Assembly (NCBI GenBank): GCA_951406725.2
Contig: OX597816.1
Coordinates: 34,038,001-34,102,000, forward strand
DNA: 64,000 nucleotides
Direction of reading: 5' to 3'
DNA from: Octopus vulgaris
Taxonomy: Eukaryota
Positions 38,720 to 52,358 of this stretch are shown here, piece by piece. The position numbers and the translations under genes were made by a program. The first letter of the stretch is position 1. Each line of letters opens with the position of its first letter. The notes below the pieces were generated by a model, which saw only the letters and a program-made list of their open reading frames with translations, was not told the DNA's origin and did no database searches.

Positions 38720-40716
38720 TATTTATTTGTAAATAGAGAAAGACAAAGACAGAAAATATTCAGACTATGAACATTCATGTATAAATATATCGATATTTTT
38801 ATATTAACAGCAGATTTACAGAGATTACAACGAAACAGAAAACTACACGGGGAAGGCATGTATTTCAGGTCCAGCAGTAGTTTCTGGGGACGCGTAATAA
38901 TGTTGGCAGGTGCAGCTCGCAAAAAATAAAGCGTATACAACCAATGGTGGATGTATAAAACCATTAGCAAAACCGGACCCTCATCTTCACACCAACTTAA
39001 AGGTGGAGACCGGATTAACCTAATATCTGCATTCTTTAGATTCATACTATTGCAAGTCTTTCCTCCCGTTACCTATAGCGTAGCATGTATTACGATATGT
39101 AATATATTGTATATATCATGCATAATTTTCTATTATATTCTACGATATAATAATGAAATAGCATGATGTATGGTATATTATAGCATGATGTATGGTATAT
39201 TCTGGAAGTTAATGAAGGAGGTTTTAAATAATTGAGAAATAACAATTTTGCAATGATATTGGTGGGATTTGAACCAAGGATGTATTAGGAAAACAATAAA
39301 TATTTTACGTTTTTTAGTTGAACGTTATTTTGCATCTGAATATTCAGGACTTGACTCTTTGTTCAATCACCATTGAATGACTTTTGGCAGCAGACATTAC
39401 ATGATTCATTTAACTTTACATCAAATACAATAATACTTTGAACATTAAACTTTTTATGAAAGTGACTAATTATTTCTAATCAGAGATTTCAATCTGATAA
39501 TGGAAGTAAAAACATCGATCTCTTAAATTGGCACACTCTAAAACATTAAAATATAAAAGAAAACCTCATGAACTTCACTGAATCAAGAGACCCTATAGAG
39601 AAGCAACTATAGATCATTATACGTTTATTTAGTTGCAAGTAAGCATTCTAGTCGCGACCAACCTTTTTTTCCCCTAAATGAGTGAATCTCTAAGTGGTGT
39701 ATGTTTATCTATATAGATCGACGAAATTGATGTGAGTCATGCACATATAGAGGCTAACTGTATATGAATTAATCCTTGTGTAAAGTAACACTCTTCAAGG
39801 GAATAACAATTACTTCATTATGTTTTGGCTGGAGCTAATGTGGGTAGCTTAAATTTCTCCTTCAATTATTATCATCTTCATCACACAATAGAGCGCATTG
39901 AACAATGAACTTTCCGGGAAAAATAAAGGAAGGCACCAGCTGTGAATAAATGAAACGCCATTGACATGTCTAATCATCGAAAGCTAACATATGGATGAAA
40001 AACAATAACATTATTACAAAGTATTCACTTCCGTCATATACGTAACGCCACCATCAACATCACCACTACCACCAACAATTTCACCGAATTACACTTAACT
40101 GTCGTGATAAAAAGTATGTCTTCATTATTTCGGTTTAAATCTCACAACATGGCATCTTGGAGAGTGTATTTTGTCATAACCTCGGAGCTACAAATGAATT
40201 AGATGCTAAGTATATTTCATGGAAACTTTCGAAGAGTATAATTTATTGCAAGTGCCAGATGTCCTGGTATGAAAACATTGGCTCCTATAGTTGACGCTCT
40301 GGAAATTTATCATAACAGCTTCCCATTCTCTGCAAGATAAGTAATTAAAACAATACGCGTATAAATATTTAGTCTATAATAAACCATGAAATAAAATTCG
40401 TTCATTGGAAAGCATGGACGGTGACAGATTCTAATTTCCAAGAAGCTCACATACAATTATGAACTATTAACGCCACTGTCGTGCAATAAAGAAGCAAAAG
40501 GAGAAGATAACGCAACGAAAGATATTCTCAAGATAGTAAAATCAATATTTTTCTATTTCAATCGATAATGTTATATCTCGGAGCAAATGACTGGATATCA
40601 AAAGATTAAAACCTATGCTGATTAATTCGAAGAAATTATTTGATATATTTTCAGACCATAATTATTGAACTATTTAAACGGGAGTTCGTAATCGTACTTC
40701 AGTAATGCTCTGTATA

Positions 40717-40902
40717 GGAGTGGCTGCTTACCAACCACATAATTCCGGGTTCAGTACCACTGCGTGGCACCTTGGGCAGCTGTCTTCTACTATTGCCACG
40801 GGACGACCAATTCTGAGTGGAATTGGGAGACGGAAACTAAAAGAAGCCCGTCGTATATATATATTTGTGTATATATATATATATGTGCGTGTGTGTGTGT
40901 GT
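40717..40902 (+). mobile_element. SINE family A, 5' half
   Basis: Degenerate head through GAAGCCCGTCGTATAT. Confidence 0.8.
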
Positions 40903-41847
40903 ATAAATTGTGCTTGGGATGGATATTTTCTAGGCGCAATCCCTTGGTTATTCCTGACCGAGGGAGCTTTTCACCAAGTTTACCCTTTATATGCGCTCAG
41001 GTTAATGACACTGCTCAATATGTAGGAAAGTAAGCTCCACGCTTCCCTCCTACACCCCAATCCTGTCCTCTTGGCCCTGTGCCATTGTATCATTGCCCTC
41101 CACTAGCCCCCGACCTTTGTGTCCTACCCACACGTAACACGAAAACTTTTCATTCCCCCTATTCCAAGAAACCAATCTAAATCTCCATATCCCTTCTCTT
41201 CTTCACATATCCTCCATATACTATTGCTAGCTGTCACTCCTCAGTTTTGTCTTCACGGCCCTATTCCTCTGTATCATTGCGATCAGGTACCCCCCCCCGA
41301 TGCTTTACATACCTCTGTTTCATTGCGATCCGGTACCCCACCCACGACGCTTTACATACCTAGGTTTTCGCCACTCACTGCCGTCTCCTTCGCAATATGC
41401 TGCTACTTATATTATGGCGTTCGATCCTCAAGGGTATGCCCTGGCACTATCCACTATCTATATAGGTCTCTTACTTCACTTAACCATTCGCTTTATATTT
41501 TGTGAGCATGCCCGGCATTTTGCCATCATCTTTATTCTGCTGCCTCTCATTCTCTCTCTCTCCTTCTCCTGCACTTCTCTCAGGTTGGGTAACCATGCAT
41601 TTTCTTTGCAGTAGCGTACCTGTTTCTGTCTTCATCCCCCATCTCTCTCTGTACCTCAGTCTCTCTCTCCAGCCGGGTAACCTTGTACTTCCTCCACAGA
41701 AAGACACCAGTTTCTGTGTTTGTCTCCCTATAAATTTTCCTCATCTGCCACAGGATGACCTTCTCCAAGGCCCCTTTCCCTCTAGAAAGTTTTTTTTCTC
41801 TAGCAGGTACTTGTTGAATTTATCAGTGCAGGTACCACTCAAAAGCA

Positions 41848-42046
41848 CAAAGTCCTCACTGCAAAGTGGTTGGTGTTCGAAAGGGCTCCAGCTGTAAATG
41901 TCTTTCCAAAACAGTCACAGAAGTCTGGTGCAGGCTTCTTCTGGTCGGGTCTTGTGAAACCGTCTCAACCACGCTAGCATGGAAGGCAGACGTTAAACGA
42001 TGTTAATTATGATGATGATTATGATGATCAAGATGATGATGATGAT
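41848..42046 (+). mobile_element. 3' end of a SINE/LINE with (GAT)n tail
   Basis: ...GCTAGCATGGAAGGCAGACGTTAAACGATG followed by ATG repeats, resembling an RTE-type 3' tail. Confidence 0.55.
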
Positions 42047-42048
42047 GG

Positions 42049-42280
42049 TAAGGTGGCGAGCTGGCAGAAACGTTAGCACGCCGGGCGAAATGCGTAGCCG
42101 TATTTTGTATGCCGTTACCGTCTGAGTTCAAACTTCGCCGAGGTTGACTTTGCCTTTCAACCTTTCGGGGTCGATAAGTTAAGTACCAGTTACGCACTGG
42201 GGTCGATGTAATCGACTTAATCCGTTTGTCTGTCCTTGTTTGTCCTCTCTGTGTTTAGTAGTAAAGAAAAAGAAATAGGT
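42049..42280 (+). mobile_element. SINE family B
   Basis: Matches 14863-15100. Confidence 0.92.
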
Positions 42281-43004
42281 ACATATATGTATGTATTGTT
42301 GTGACTTAGGAATGTCATTACACCAAAAATGAGGAAACAAGCACAAGTACAATATCACTTATTTAATGTTAGTCAATTGATTAAATATCCAGCTTGCTAA
42401 ATAATCGATCGCCCGTGTAATGTGCAGGTTATATAATCTATTGTCTGTTTTTTAGTCAGTCATTTTGTCGTTATTCGTGACCTCATCAATGATATCCACA
42501 CCACTCTCCAATGACTGCCTTGAGTCTGACCGCGAATTTGTCTTATACCCATGAGCATATATGCCTGTACGTGTGCAAGGAAATATATGTGTGCGTACAA
42601 GAAAAGGCAAGTGTGAGAATAAACAAAGGCTTTGTGTGTATGTGTGCATGTATTCAATTGCGTGCGCATTTGTCTGGTGTGTCTGTATTTGTATAGCCGG
42701 GTGACTTCCTCTATGTATGTCTGTGTGTATGCATTAACCATCCGTGAAGTATTTTAGCGTTCGGCTTTTTGTTCGAGATCATTTCGGTCTTAGATCTATT
42801 GGCATTAGTCTTCATTCCAGCAAGATTTATAAGTTTTGTTCCTTATGTGACGATAGGTGGAGGAACGGGTCAGTACCGTAGGTGTGTGCGTGCATGTGTG
42901 CATATACGCGTGCACATGCACGCGTGTGTGAGCGGGATGTCACATAGCCTCATTACAACTGCATTGTATACACCTTTAAACACAGTATTAAATATGAGAA
43001 GTGG

Positions 43005-43521
43005 AAGGTGGTTTGCAGCATAAAGTGTATGGAATGTTATAGTAAGAATAGAAATACAACATACTTTGGGAAAACTTCTAGGAGTTTAGGGGAAAGACTA
43101 AATGGACACTGTCTGTTGTATAATTACAAGGCCGAGCTGACAGAATCGTTAGCACGCCGGGTGAAATGCTTAGCGGTATTTCGTCTGCCGTTACGTTCTG
43201 AGTTCAAATTCCGCCGGGGTCGACTTTGCCTTTCATCCTTTCGGGGTCGATAAATAAAGTACCAGTTTCGCACTGGAGTCTGCTTAAACCGTTTGTCTGT
43301 CCTTGTTTGTTCCCTCTATATTTAGAACCTTGTGGGCATTAAAGAAACATACAAGGCCGTCTGTACCTTCTCATTATTCCAAAGATCATCATGTCGGAAT
43401 GGTGAAAAGAATTGTCATCAACAGCTTGCCTATACGCCAGAGGAATCCGCCGCTTCGAAAGGTACGTGACTCTAATCTAATAAATGAGACATTACGAGTA
43501 TTAGATAGAAAATATACATAG
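43005..43521 (+). pseudogene. Second PLE-type GIY-YIG endonuclease remnant, split by a SINE
   Basis: VVCSIKCMECYSKNRNTTYFGKTSRSLGERLNGH (43005-~43110), then after the SINE SVPSHYSKDHH...NPPLRKVRDSNLINE...LDRK. Confidence 0.75.
43128..43349 (+). mobile_element. SINE family B with target-site duplication
   Basis: TACAAGGCCG at 43125-43134 and 43350-43359. Confidence 0.9.
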
Positions 43522-43819
43522 CAGGTCGTAGAAGTTCGATGTGACCCATGAAATATACATGTGGAAACGTGTGAAGAAGTGAGCATTATCATGGTGTAAT
43601 AGACGATTATGTATAAGATAGGGTCAGAACGACAGCTTGATTCAAAGAAATGCATATAAATACATACTTGTAAATATGTACAACTCCAATACACTATCAT
43701 AAGCTCCTATGCACGTACGCACGTCCATGCAAGTAGGTATGGGTACGTACAGGTAAGATAGGAATAGAATGAAGCCAAGTTACAAGAAACTCTATTTAAA
43801 TATATACTTGTAGTTATTT

Positions 43820-44198
43820 TTTTATCTTTTACTTGTTTTAGACATTTGATTGCGGTCATGTTGGTGCATCGCGTTGAACGGTTTTAGTAGTCAGATCGCG
43901 GGAACGTAAACATACGAACACCGGTTTTCAATCGGTGGTGTCTGACAGACACCAATACAAATGTACGCGCACATTAATATATATATATAAGCACAAAAAA
44001 ACACAACAACGCGAGGACGTGGAGCAAATATAGTATTATTGGATGCTCAGGAAATAAGGAAAGAAGGAGGGTTGAACGTTTCGAGCGGAGTTCTTCGTCG
44101 GAAACATAAGAGAAGGAAAGATCCAGAGAAGGGAAGACAGAGGAAAAAGATCGCCAACGGTACACACACACATATATATATATATACATACACATACA

Positions 44199-44293
<95 letters not shown>

Positions 44294-44436
44294 GACGGGC
44301 TCCCTTCAGTTTCCATCTACCAAATCTACTCGAAGATCTATCAGTTAGTCAGTTCGAGGAGCAGCGTAGGGGAACTGAATCCCGAAACATGGGTAAGCGA
44401 GCTTCTTACAATGCAGCCAATTACACAGCTACGCCT
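43820..44436 (-). mobile_element. Old SINE family A copy with a pLTR inserted in its central microsatellite
   Basis: SINE tail at ~43820-43970, head at ~44293-44436, unrelated insert between. Confidence 0.7.
44071..44106 (-). ncRNA. Degenerate minimal hammerhead in pLTR fragment (~43990-44161)
   Basis: Reverse complement: GTTT-CCGACGA-A-GAAC-tcc-GCTC-GAAA-CG-TT-CAAC; same layout as 1748-1785. Confidence 0.55.
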
Positions 44437-45562
44437 GTGTAGTTATGAACAATTCCATTACACCACTGCACACATCTACACACGTACACGTACATCAGGT
44501 ATACACAAGTACACACACACACATGCACACACACATATTCACAAACACACACGCTCACGTACGCAGAAACACATACAGACACATAACATCGGGCACACGC
44601 AAACGTTCACACAGTCACACCAACATTATTCGCAGGTCCACACTCATACATACCTGAATGCACTGATGCAAGCAAACACTCGCACCATTAGACACACTCA
44701 TGCAAACATATGCACTTATTAAAAGAGCCGACTCAACCGCCCGTATACTCACAGGAGAGCACACAGTCACGCGCGCACTCTCACACATTCGCAGATGCGC
44801 ACACACATACACACATACATCCCCCACACACGCATCCCCCCCCACCACCTGCCCCCCCCCCACATACACACCCTTCTCACATTTCTATTCTTCCTACATA
44901 AGGAACTACACCCATAAATCTTAAGGGGATTATATGCGAATCATAGCGGATCTGGGACCAAAGTGACCTCGAACTAAAGGGTGAATACTTAATAAGGTCA
45001 AGAATGCTTAATGTACGCGCGCGCGCGCACACACACACATACACACACACAGTCTCGCTGGTTTGTGCACACAACTGTACACAGAAACACATACTGTTCA
45101 TTTATTATCTCTCCCATTTTCTCTTGTTTGCAAACACATAAATACACACATACAGGCATTCATACACGTAGCCATAAGACTAATTCTCAGACTTAAGGCA
45201 GATCTTGAAGAAAGAGGGTTTGTGATTGAAGAGGACGTAATTAGCGAAGAAAGTTCTTTGGCTAACAAAGAGACGATTGATTATTTAACCAGCTCATTAA
45301 ACAAACTGCAGATTAGCTGGCTTGTTAAAAGATATTGAAAGAAGTAATTAACATTAAATAAGTGATATTGAATCAGTACATGTGTTAATATTATTAATCG
45401 CGTATTGACCGTCACCAAACAGAGGATTTGTTTCAAAATACGACTTCACATCATGAATCTTGCAAACCAAATACACAAAACACAAGCGAATTCGCAACAC
45501 ACACACACGCACACACACACGCGCGCACACACACACGCGCGCACACACACACATACAAACGC

Positions 45563-45593
<31 letters not shown>

Positions 45594-45915
45594 ACCTGAT
45601 GAACCTGGGTTAATCAGTAAGGTTTAACAGTTGAAATGGCTACAATTAATTATATTGTGTGAGCAAATTTCTATGTGCCAATAGTTTATGGGTTTTGACT
45701 TTTTAACGGCATCGCTTAATATCTTACCGTACGTGCATTCATTTATCGAATATTCGTATTTTATGCGCATACATAAATACATAAATACATACACACATAC
45801 ATACATACATACATACATACATACATACGTACATACATACATACATACATACATACATACATGCACACATACATACGTACGTACATATATATCATGAACT
45901 AACTGTTACTTTCTC

Positions 45916-46058
45916 AGATGCAGCACGGAGTTTTGTCAGTGAACAGGTCGTGGTCTCAAAGCGACGAAAATATTTTGAGAAATTAAATTTAAATGTGGAA
46001 TTGAATCTAACGGTTTTTGTGTGTTTCTTAAATGGCTTATAAACACCTTCAACGATGC
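45916..46058 (+). mobile_element. Solo pLTR-like copy with G3-C8 hammerhead-like motif (45933-45981)
   Basis: Close match to 37092-37230; the GTGAACA core is conserved. Confidence 0.8.
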
Positions 46059-48151
46059 TATTATATTACTTTAAACTTTGTATAAAAATGTCAATTCAGC
46101 TGGAATAACGTCTCATAGGATTGCACAAATAACTATATGACGATTGACTGGAATTATAGCATAAATATAAATATACAATCGCACGAGGGGGAACTACTGA
46201 ATTCTGATCATTAATTGATTCACTATGTGAATATTTTAGATATGCAATCTAAATATTTGCCTGTATAAACATACTCGTATGCTAACAGATACGCGCACGC
46301 TCACAGACACAGACACGCGAAAACACACACACGCACACACATATGTATACATAAATATATTCTTATGTGTGCTTGCTCGCGTGAAAGTGAGTACGTTTAT
46401 GTGAGAGAGAGAGAGACAATGGCATAGAATCTGAATGTATATAATATGTTGCTGTATTAGCGTGTGCACGGGAAGATTATTATGCTTTTATGCATGGAGT
46501 TGTTTGATAGTAACAAACGATTCTGAAATCAAAAGATATTTCATCTTTTACTTTTCATACTAATCATTAATAGATCATTTTCAACTTAGCTTTCGATAAT
46601 AAGTCTCATCCGATAGTGATAAATCTATATAGATAATAAATTATCGCATCATGCTGTTTAATGCCTAGGAAATAAGTATGGAGTTATTTGAGAAAATATA
46701 TTGAAAATAGAACAACATTATGGAAACTAACTCCAAAAATATGAGTAAATGTAAACAGAAATATTAACAATGCGTCTAATATCGACAGGAAAAATATCAT
46801 CAGAAAACTGTTGATATACTACAATTGTTCTGTTATACTTGCAAAGACTTACTGCTGAGTGGCTCGTCAAGGCAGTTATAGACATATTAACAAAATGGCT
46901 TTCTTTGTAAGTAAATAAATATTGGTGGGCGTTTTAATTTGTTGGATTATTATTTTGTAGTAGTTGTTTAGCTTCGTGTCTACTCTGATAAAGCGGGTCT
47001 ATTATGAAACGTGTTCATTTTGTCCAAAAATACATTGATTATACTAAATAGAGGAATATTTTATGCAGATGAGTAGCTTAGTAGTTTATGCGTTCAAGTT
47101 AGAAACCTAATTTGTTCAATTCCTGCTTGAATGCGACGTTTTAGTCTCAAAAATAAAGCATGTCATTTCATGTTTCAACACCATGCAATATAAAATGAAT
47201 ACCTGTCAGTCACTGACGCAGCTCTTAATCATTCCAGAACTCAAATCCTGGATATTTCACTGGAGCAACTGTAAAGGGAATGAGAAAGTACGCTCACAAG
47301 TACACTGACACATGAAAGAATTAGCCATAGCATAATACATTTCATTATGAGATGCTCACACCATATAAGAGATGATGGTTTATTCTAGGAGAACTGTATA
47401 TATGTCGTTTCAAAGTAGGTCTTATACAGGGATTTGTTAGTTCTTCCTAGCAGGTTCACTGGTCAAGCTTATTCACTGGATGAGATAATTACGAATTATT
47501 TTCAAGTGCGCATGTGGATATTTCATCATAATTTAGTATACCAAACATGCATATTTATAATAGACTTATATTTTTCTACTGTCCACAGCTTCTTGTTTAA
47601 GCTGAAATAAAACTGAGAACACTTAACAGATATGATTCCTATCAAATAGCAAAAAACATGTAATGTAATTTTAAAATATAAGTATTAAATTAATATTGCA
47701 GAAGTGCTAATTATGACTCACCAAAGTATGTATAAACATGTAAAGGGCAAAGATATATTATCAAGCAACAGAGAATCAGTTAATTAGAATAAATTTCAAG
47801 GCGAGTTGAAGGTAATAGGAACTAAATACGATGGCAACTTTAAATTTTCAGATAATTAGACAAGGCAACTCTGGAGATGTTTCCATATTATGACACTCCT
47901 CGTTGAGGTCATTCGTTATCACGTGTACAACGCTGTATATGAGTAAGCGTGGAAAATTATGTGAGCTTACGACAGAAGAATTTTGGCTATGTGGGGACCT
48001 GACAATTTTAGTTCCGTTACTGTAATTTCGCTCTTGACGACTAAATTATCACTTCGGTTACATTCCAGCTCCACTGAATATCACGTTATGTCCTAAATCT
48101 TGATACCTATATAATTTCGTGTTTCAAAATTTGCATATGCCTTCAAAACAC

Positions 48152-48192
<41 letters not shown>

Positions 48193-49901
48193 AAAAAGGA
48201 GATGTGGAACACGAGATGTGATATATATATATATGCGTGTGTGTGTGTGTGTCTGAGTGCCTTTGTATCTGTGTGCACGCGAGCGTGCATTTTTCTGCGT
48301 ATGCATTTGTAAGTCCATAACTATATATGTAAATTCGTTCATTTGTCCAATTTCAGTTTTTTGGGGTACGATTATTATTTCTGCCACTTCCATTAATTAA
48401 TTCCCAGTATGTGTTTGAGTATACATTGTCTGGGAGACTCTTCTTATAGTAGAAGAAATAGCTAAAAATTTTGGCTGCTATTTCTAAAAGTTTGGTATGT
48501 GGTAAAGCAAATATTTTTGCTGGACCCTAATTATAAAAAGTAATGTTTAAATTTACCGTAAATGGTCCTTTTACATACTGAACACTGCTTGGTAAAAGTA
48601 TTAATTACTAATTAATTAGTTAATTATACCTTTATTATTATTGACTATATATATATATTCGTATGCTTGATAGTTTCTATATCTAAGACTGTGTTTGTGC
48701 CTATATATATATGTATATATATATATATATGCATATTTGCTTACATATAGTTGTATTTATACACCGATATTCTTCGTAAATTATATACTAGTAACCTGCC
48801 AGACGCACTTCAATTTTTCTTCTCTTTATTTCTCATTTGTCCGTCTTTCCACTCCTCTCTTTTTTATGCATACTAACTTTTATTACTCATATTTATATAT
48901 CTTAAGGAATTCCTATCACAGCAATTGCTGCGTCAGCTGCAGACTTCTTGACACCACATAAACATTGATAATATCATAGTATAAAGCAGCGGCTACAATA
49001 ATTTGAGTACGTTGATAACAAAATGAAAGTCATCTCTCTCTCGCTGACGTAATTGTCTAGTTGACCACTGCATTTGTTTTTTTTAACGATTCCATCTCTA
49101 CTTCAACTATATCTTATCCTCTTTGCGATCCCGGCTTCCGTTAGCTTCCTCCATTAGGGTGACAATTTTCTATTTAACAGCCGTATATACTTGATGAAAA
49201 AGTACAGCGGACGGCTACAGGACTTTCGGCATATTACGTAAGACGCATTCGATTCCATTTGACCCAGTTACTCAATTACTTCTTCCAGTCGATAGCTCAT
49301 ATATGTGTATGTCTGTATGTGCGTGCGTGTGTGTGTGTACACATACGCGCTTATTTATATTCATAATCAGCTGATCTAACAGGCGGGGCCTCATATCAGT
49401 GAGGGGGGCCGGTGCGCATTGATGCCGTCGAGAGGTAGGCCCCGAAACGGCGCGCATTATCTCCTGATGACCCCATATTGGCTTCCAGTATACGGAGCTT
49501 TTGACTGGTGCAAGTTGTTTGCAAGACATGCGTGCTGTGTGCAGTCCTTAATCATGGTTTCAAAATCCGAGTACATGGATGTTGCTTGTCATATTTTACC
49601 ATGTCATCTTCATCAGGTATTAACCTATTCTTTACTTTCAAGGAATACAGAAATATTCGATGAAACTGCTGCATGCAATAATTAACCCATCTTATTTCTT
49701 TTTAAATAGTATATCCCTTAATATAACATTATCTCGCTGCTATTTTCTAACATTATGATTCAAAATATTGAAGCCCCCTCTTGTACTTTCTGAATATAAG
49801 AACATTAATTCAACCATATATATGCAGCCTTTCATCACAGCCGGGTATCAAAATTTGTAAATGCTTTTACTGGTATGATTTAAGCAAAATAGTGCAAAAT
49901 T

Positions 49902-50312
49902 GGGATCTTTTCGGTTTGAACGGCAGGTTTTCTAGCGGTGTCATATGAAATTGTCACCCATGATTATGACCCTTGCATCGATCTATTGCATTTCAATCTG
50001 TTTTAGGGTTAGGGGTGGGGGAAGGGTATCTTGTTTTCTTCACAAATGTAAATAAACTCAATCTGTTTCTTAAACGAGGGATATACGGCACAGAATGTTT
50101 TTTTTTTTTTTACCTCAATAGATGTATTTGATTGGTTGAAATTGCAGAAATTGGAGAAAAAACAACAAATATCTTACAAACTATAGAATTTTCTCAATAA
50201 AGCCAAGAGAAAAAGATGTTTAATAAACACATTCTACCAGTATACGAAGTTTGAAATTTTATAGTTACCTAGAAATTTTGTTAAAAACTGTCTTTCAAAC
50301 CGAAAAGACCCC
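49902..50312. mobile_element. MITE with ~30-bp terminal inverted repeats
   Basis: GGGATCTTTTCGGTTTGAACGGCAGGTTTT ... AAAAACTGTCTTTCAAACCGAAAAGACCCC; no ORF. Confidence 0.8.
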
Positions 50313-52045
50313 GAAATTGTATCTGTTATTGCAATTGTATAAAAAGGTCTTGTTTTCCATGTTGATGGCGTTTTAGCGATATAACAGTGGGACTTAATTC
50401 GTTGGGAGTAGAATTCATATACGGTGGTAGACATAATCTGTTAACCAGTATAATGTCATCTAGTATAAGACCCTTGTGAGCCCGCTTTAGTACAATTAAA
50501 GTATTCGAGCCACATCACTGTTTTAAGAACACGTTCTAGTTTGAGAGGATATATAAAGGGCTATGATTACTGCTTTTCTATATTATCGTAAGAGTAATCG
50601 ATTTGAATATTGGAGTAGTCGATTATATTGACCTCAGTACTCAACTAGTACTATCATATCAAACTTAAATGGATGAAGGCCAAATTCGACCTATGCTCAA
50701 TTTGAACTCAGAAGTCAAAGTGTCAGTGTCCTTGCCATAAGAATACCAAAAGACAGTCGAACGTGTGATTTGAAACATTAAAACCATCCAATTATAATGT
50801 TTACCGCTGTGAGTCAAAACGTTGCAGGCGTCCACTTTACATGTTAATGTTCGATGATGGATAGAATACTTATCATTCCCGCAGTCTGAGTGATAGTTGG
50901 CAACAGATCGTTACAGTGATATTAACCCTCTTCTGAACATACGAGATACAGAACCAATATGAAGATATGATTACTATTAGCCGACATTAACATTTTCATT
51001 CCCATTATGGTCCGTAGTAGTCACAGAAGTAAGTGTCCTGATGTTTGAACGGTGGTGGCGGTGGTATTGCTAGTAAATTGTGCTCCTTTTGTTTGTTTAA
51101 TTGGTCAGGTTGTCAAAGCTGACCAAACCGGTCAGATGACATCTGGAAAATTATAAACCGCTTTATAGCGTCATATAAAGAACTTAGTTGTATAGTAAGA
51201 AAAAAACTGTATCGCTTACATACACTTACTACGTGCGTACGTGTTTTAGTGTCTATGTAAGTATAGCTATGTATGTATTTTCATGCATGAGTGTGTGCAT
51301 GATTTTGTGTGTGGTTGTGTGTATGTGTGTGTGTGTGTGTGCATGTGTGTGTGAGAGAGAGAGAGAGAGAGCGAGAGTGAGAGAAATGTGAGTGTGTATT
51401 CATTTTCTTTAAGATTGACATTAAGTCTTCTATAATTGACAAGTTGATCATTTTGTTTTCTTGTAATTACGTATTGTTTTGATTTTGTTTGGCCTTCACT
51501 ACTAAAGAAAAAGCGAATCATTTAATAACGAATTATAACGAACACGTACAAATAGATATTTTCACACACAATGGACACGCATACACAAACAGACATGCTA
51601 GTACATACGTATATATACACAATTAAACGATCTTAGGTCATAAACAAAATAAAATATACTACACATTTAATGAAATATGCACTAGTTTGATCTTCTTTCA
51701 CTTCTTAATCAATGTTCATTATAATAATACTAAATCCTACCTCAATTCGTGAGATATGTTGAACCTCTAAAATTGAATTCATCAGGCTTAGTTTGTAGAC
51801 CGTTTGAACTCGGTATGAAACAAACGTTTAATAATATGCTGACAAATCTACGTCGGATTTTCATGGTAATCTTTACTCAGTTTTGAGTGTTCGTATATAT
51901 TCAGCCATACATATACTCAATACATATACATATACTCAATTTGTTACTCTCAAGAACCAGCGAAGAAATCTCTATGAGATCATTCGACCGGCTCTCACTC
52001 CCATTGTGTATGTATATATGTATATATTTATTTATGTATACACAC

Positions 52046-52147
<102 letters not shown>

Positions 52148-52196
52148 ATAAACATATGCCCACATACACGCGCACACACGCAAAATCTATACATTC

Positions 52197-52257
<61 letters not shown>

Positions 52258-52307
52258 CATAAACTTATGCCCACATACACGCGCACACACGCAAAATCTA
52301 TACATTC

Positions 52308-52358
<51 letters not shown>

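Noticed and set aside
49413-49459. GC-rich HHR-like CCGTCGAGAGGTAGGCCCCGAAACGG
   Set aside because: Two core mismatches and an ambiguous stem register; it may simply be a GC-rich hairpin.
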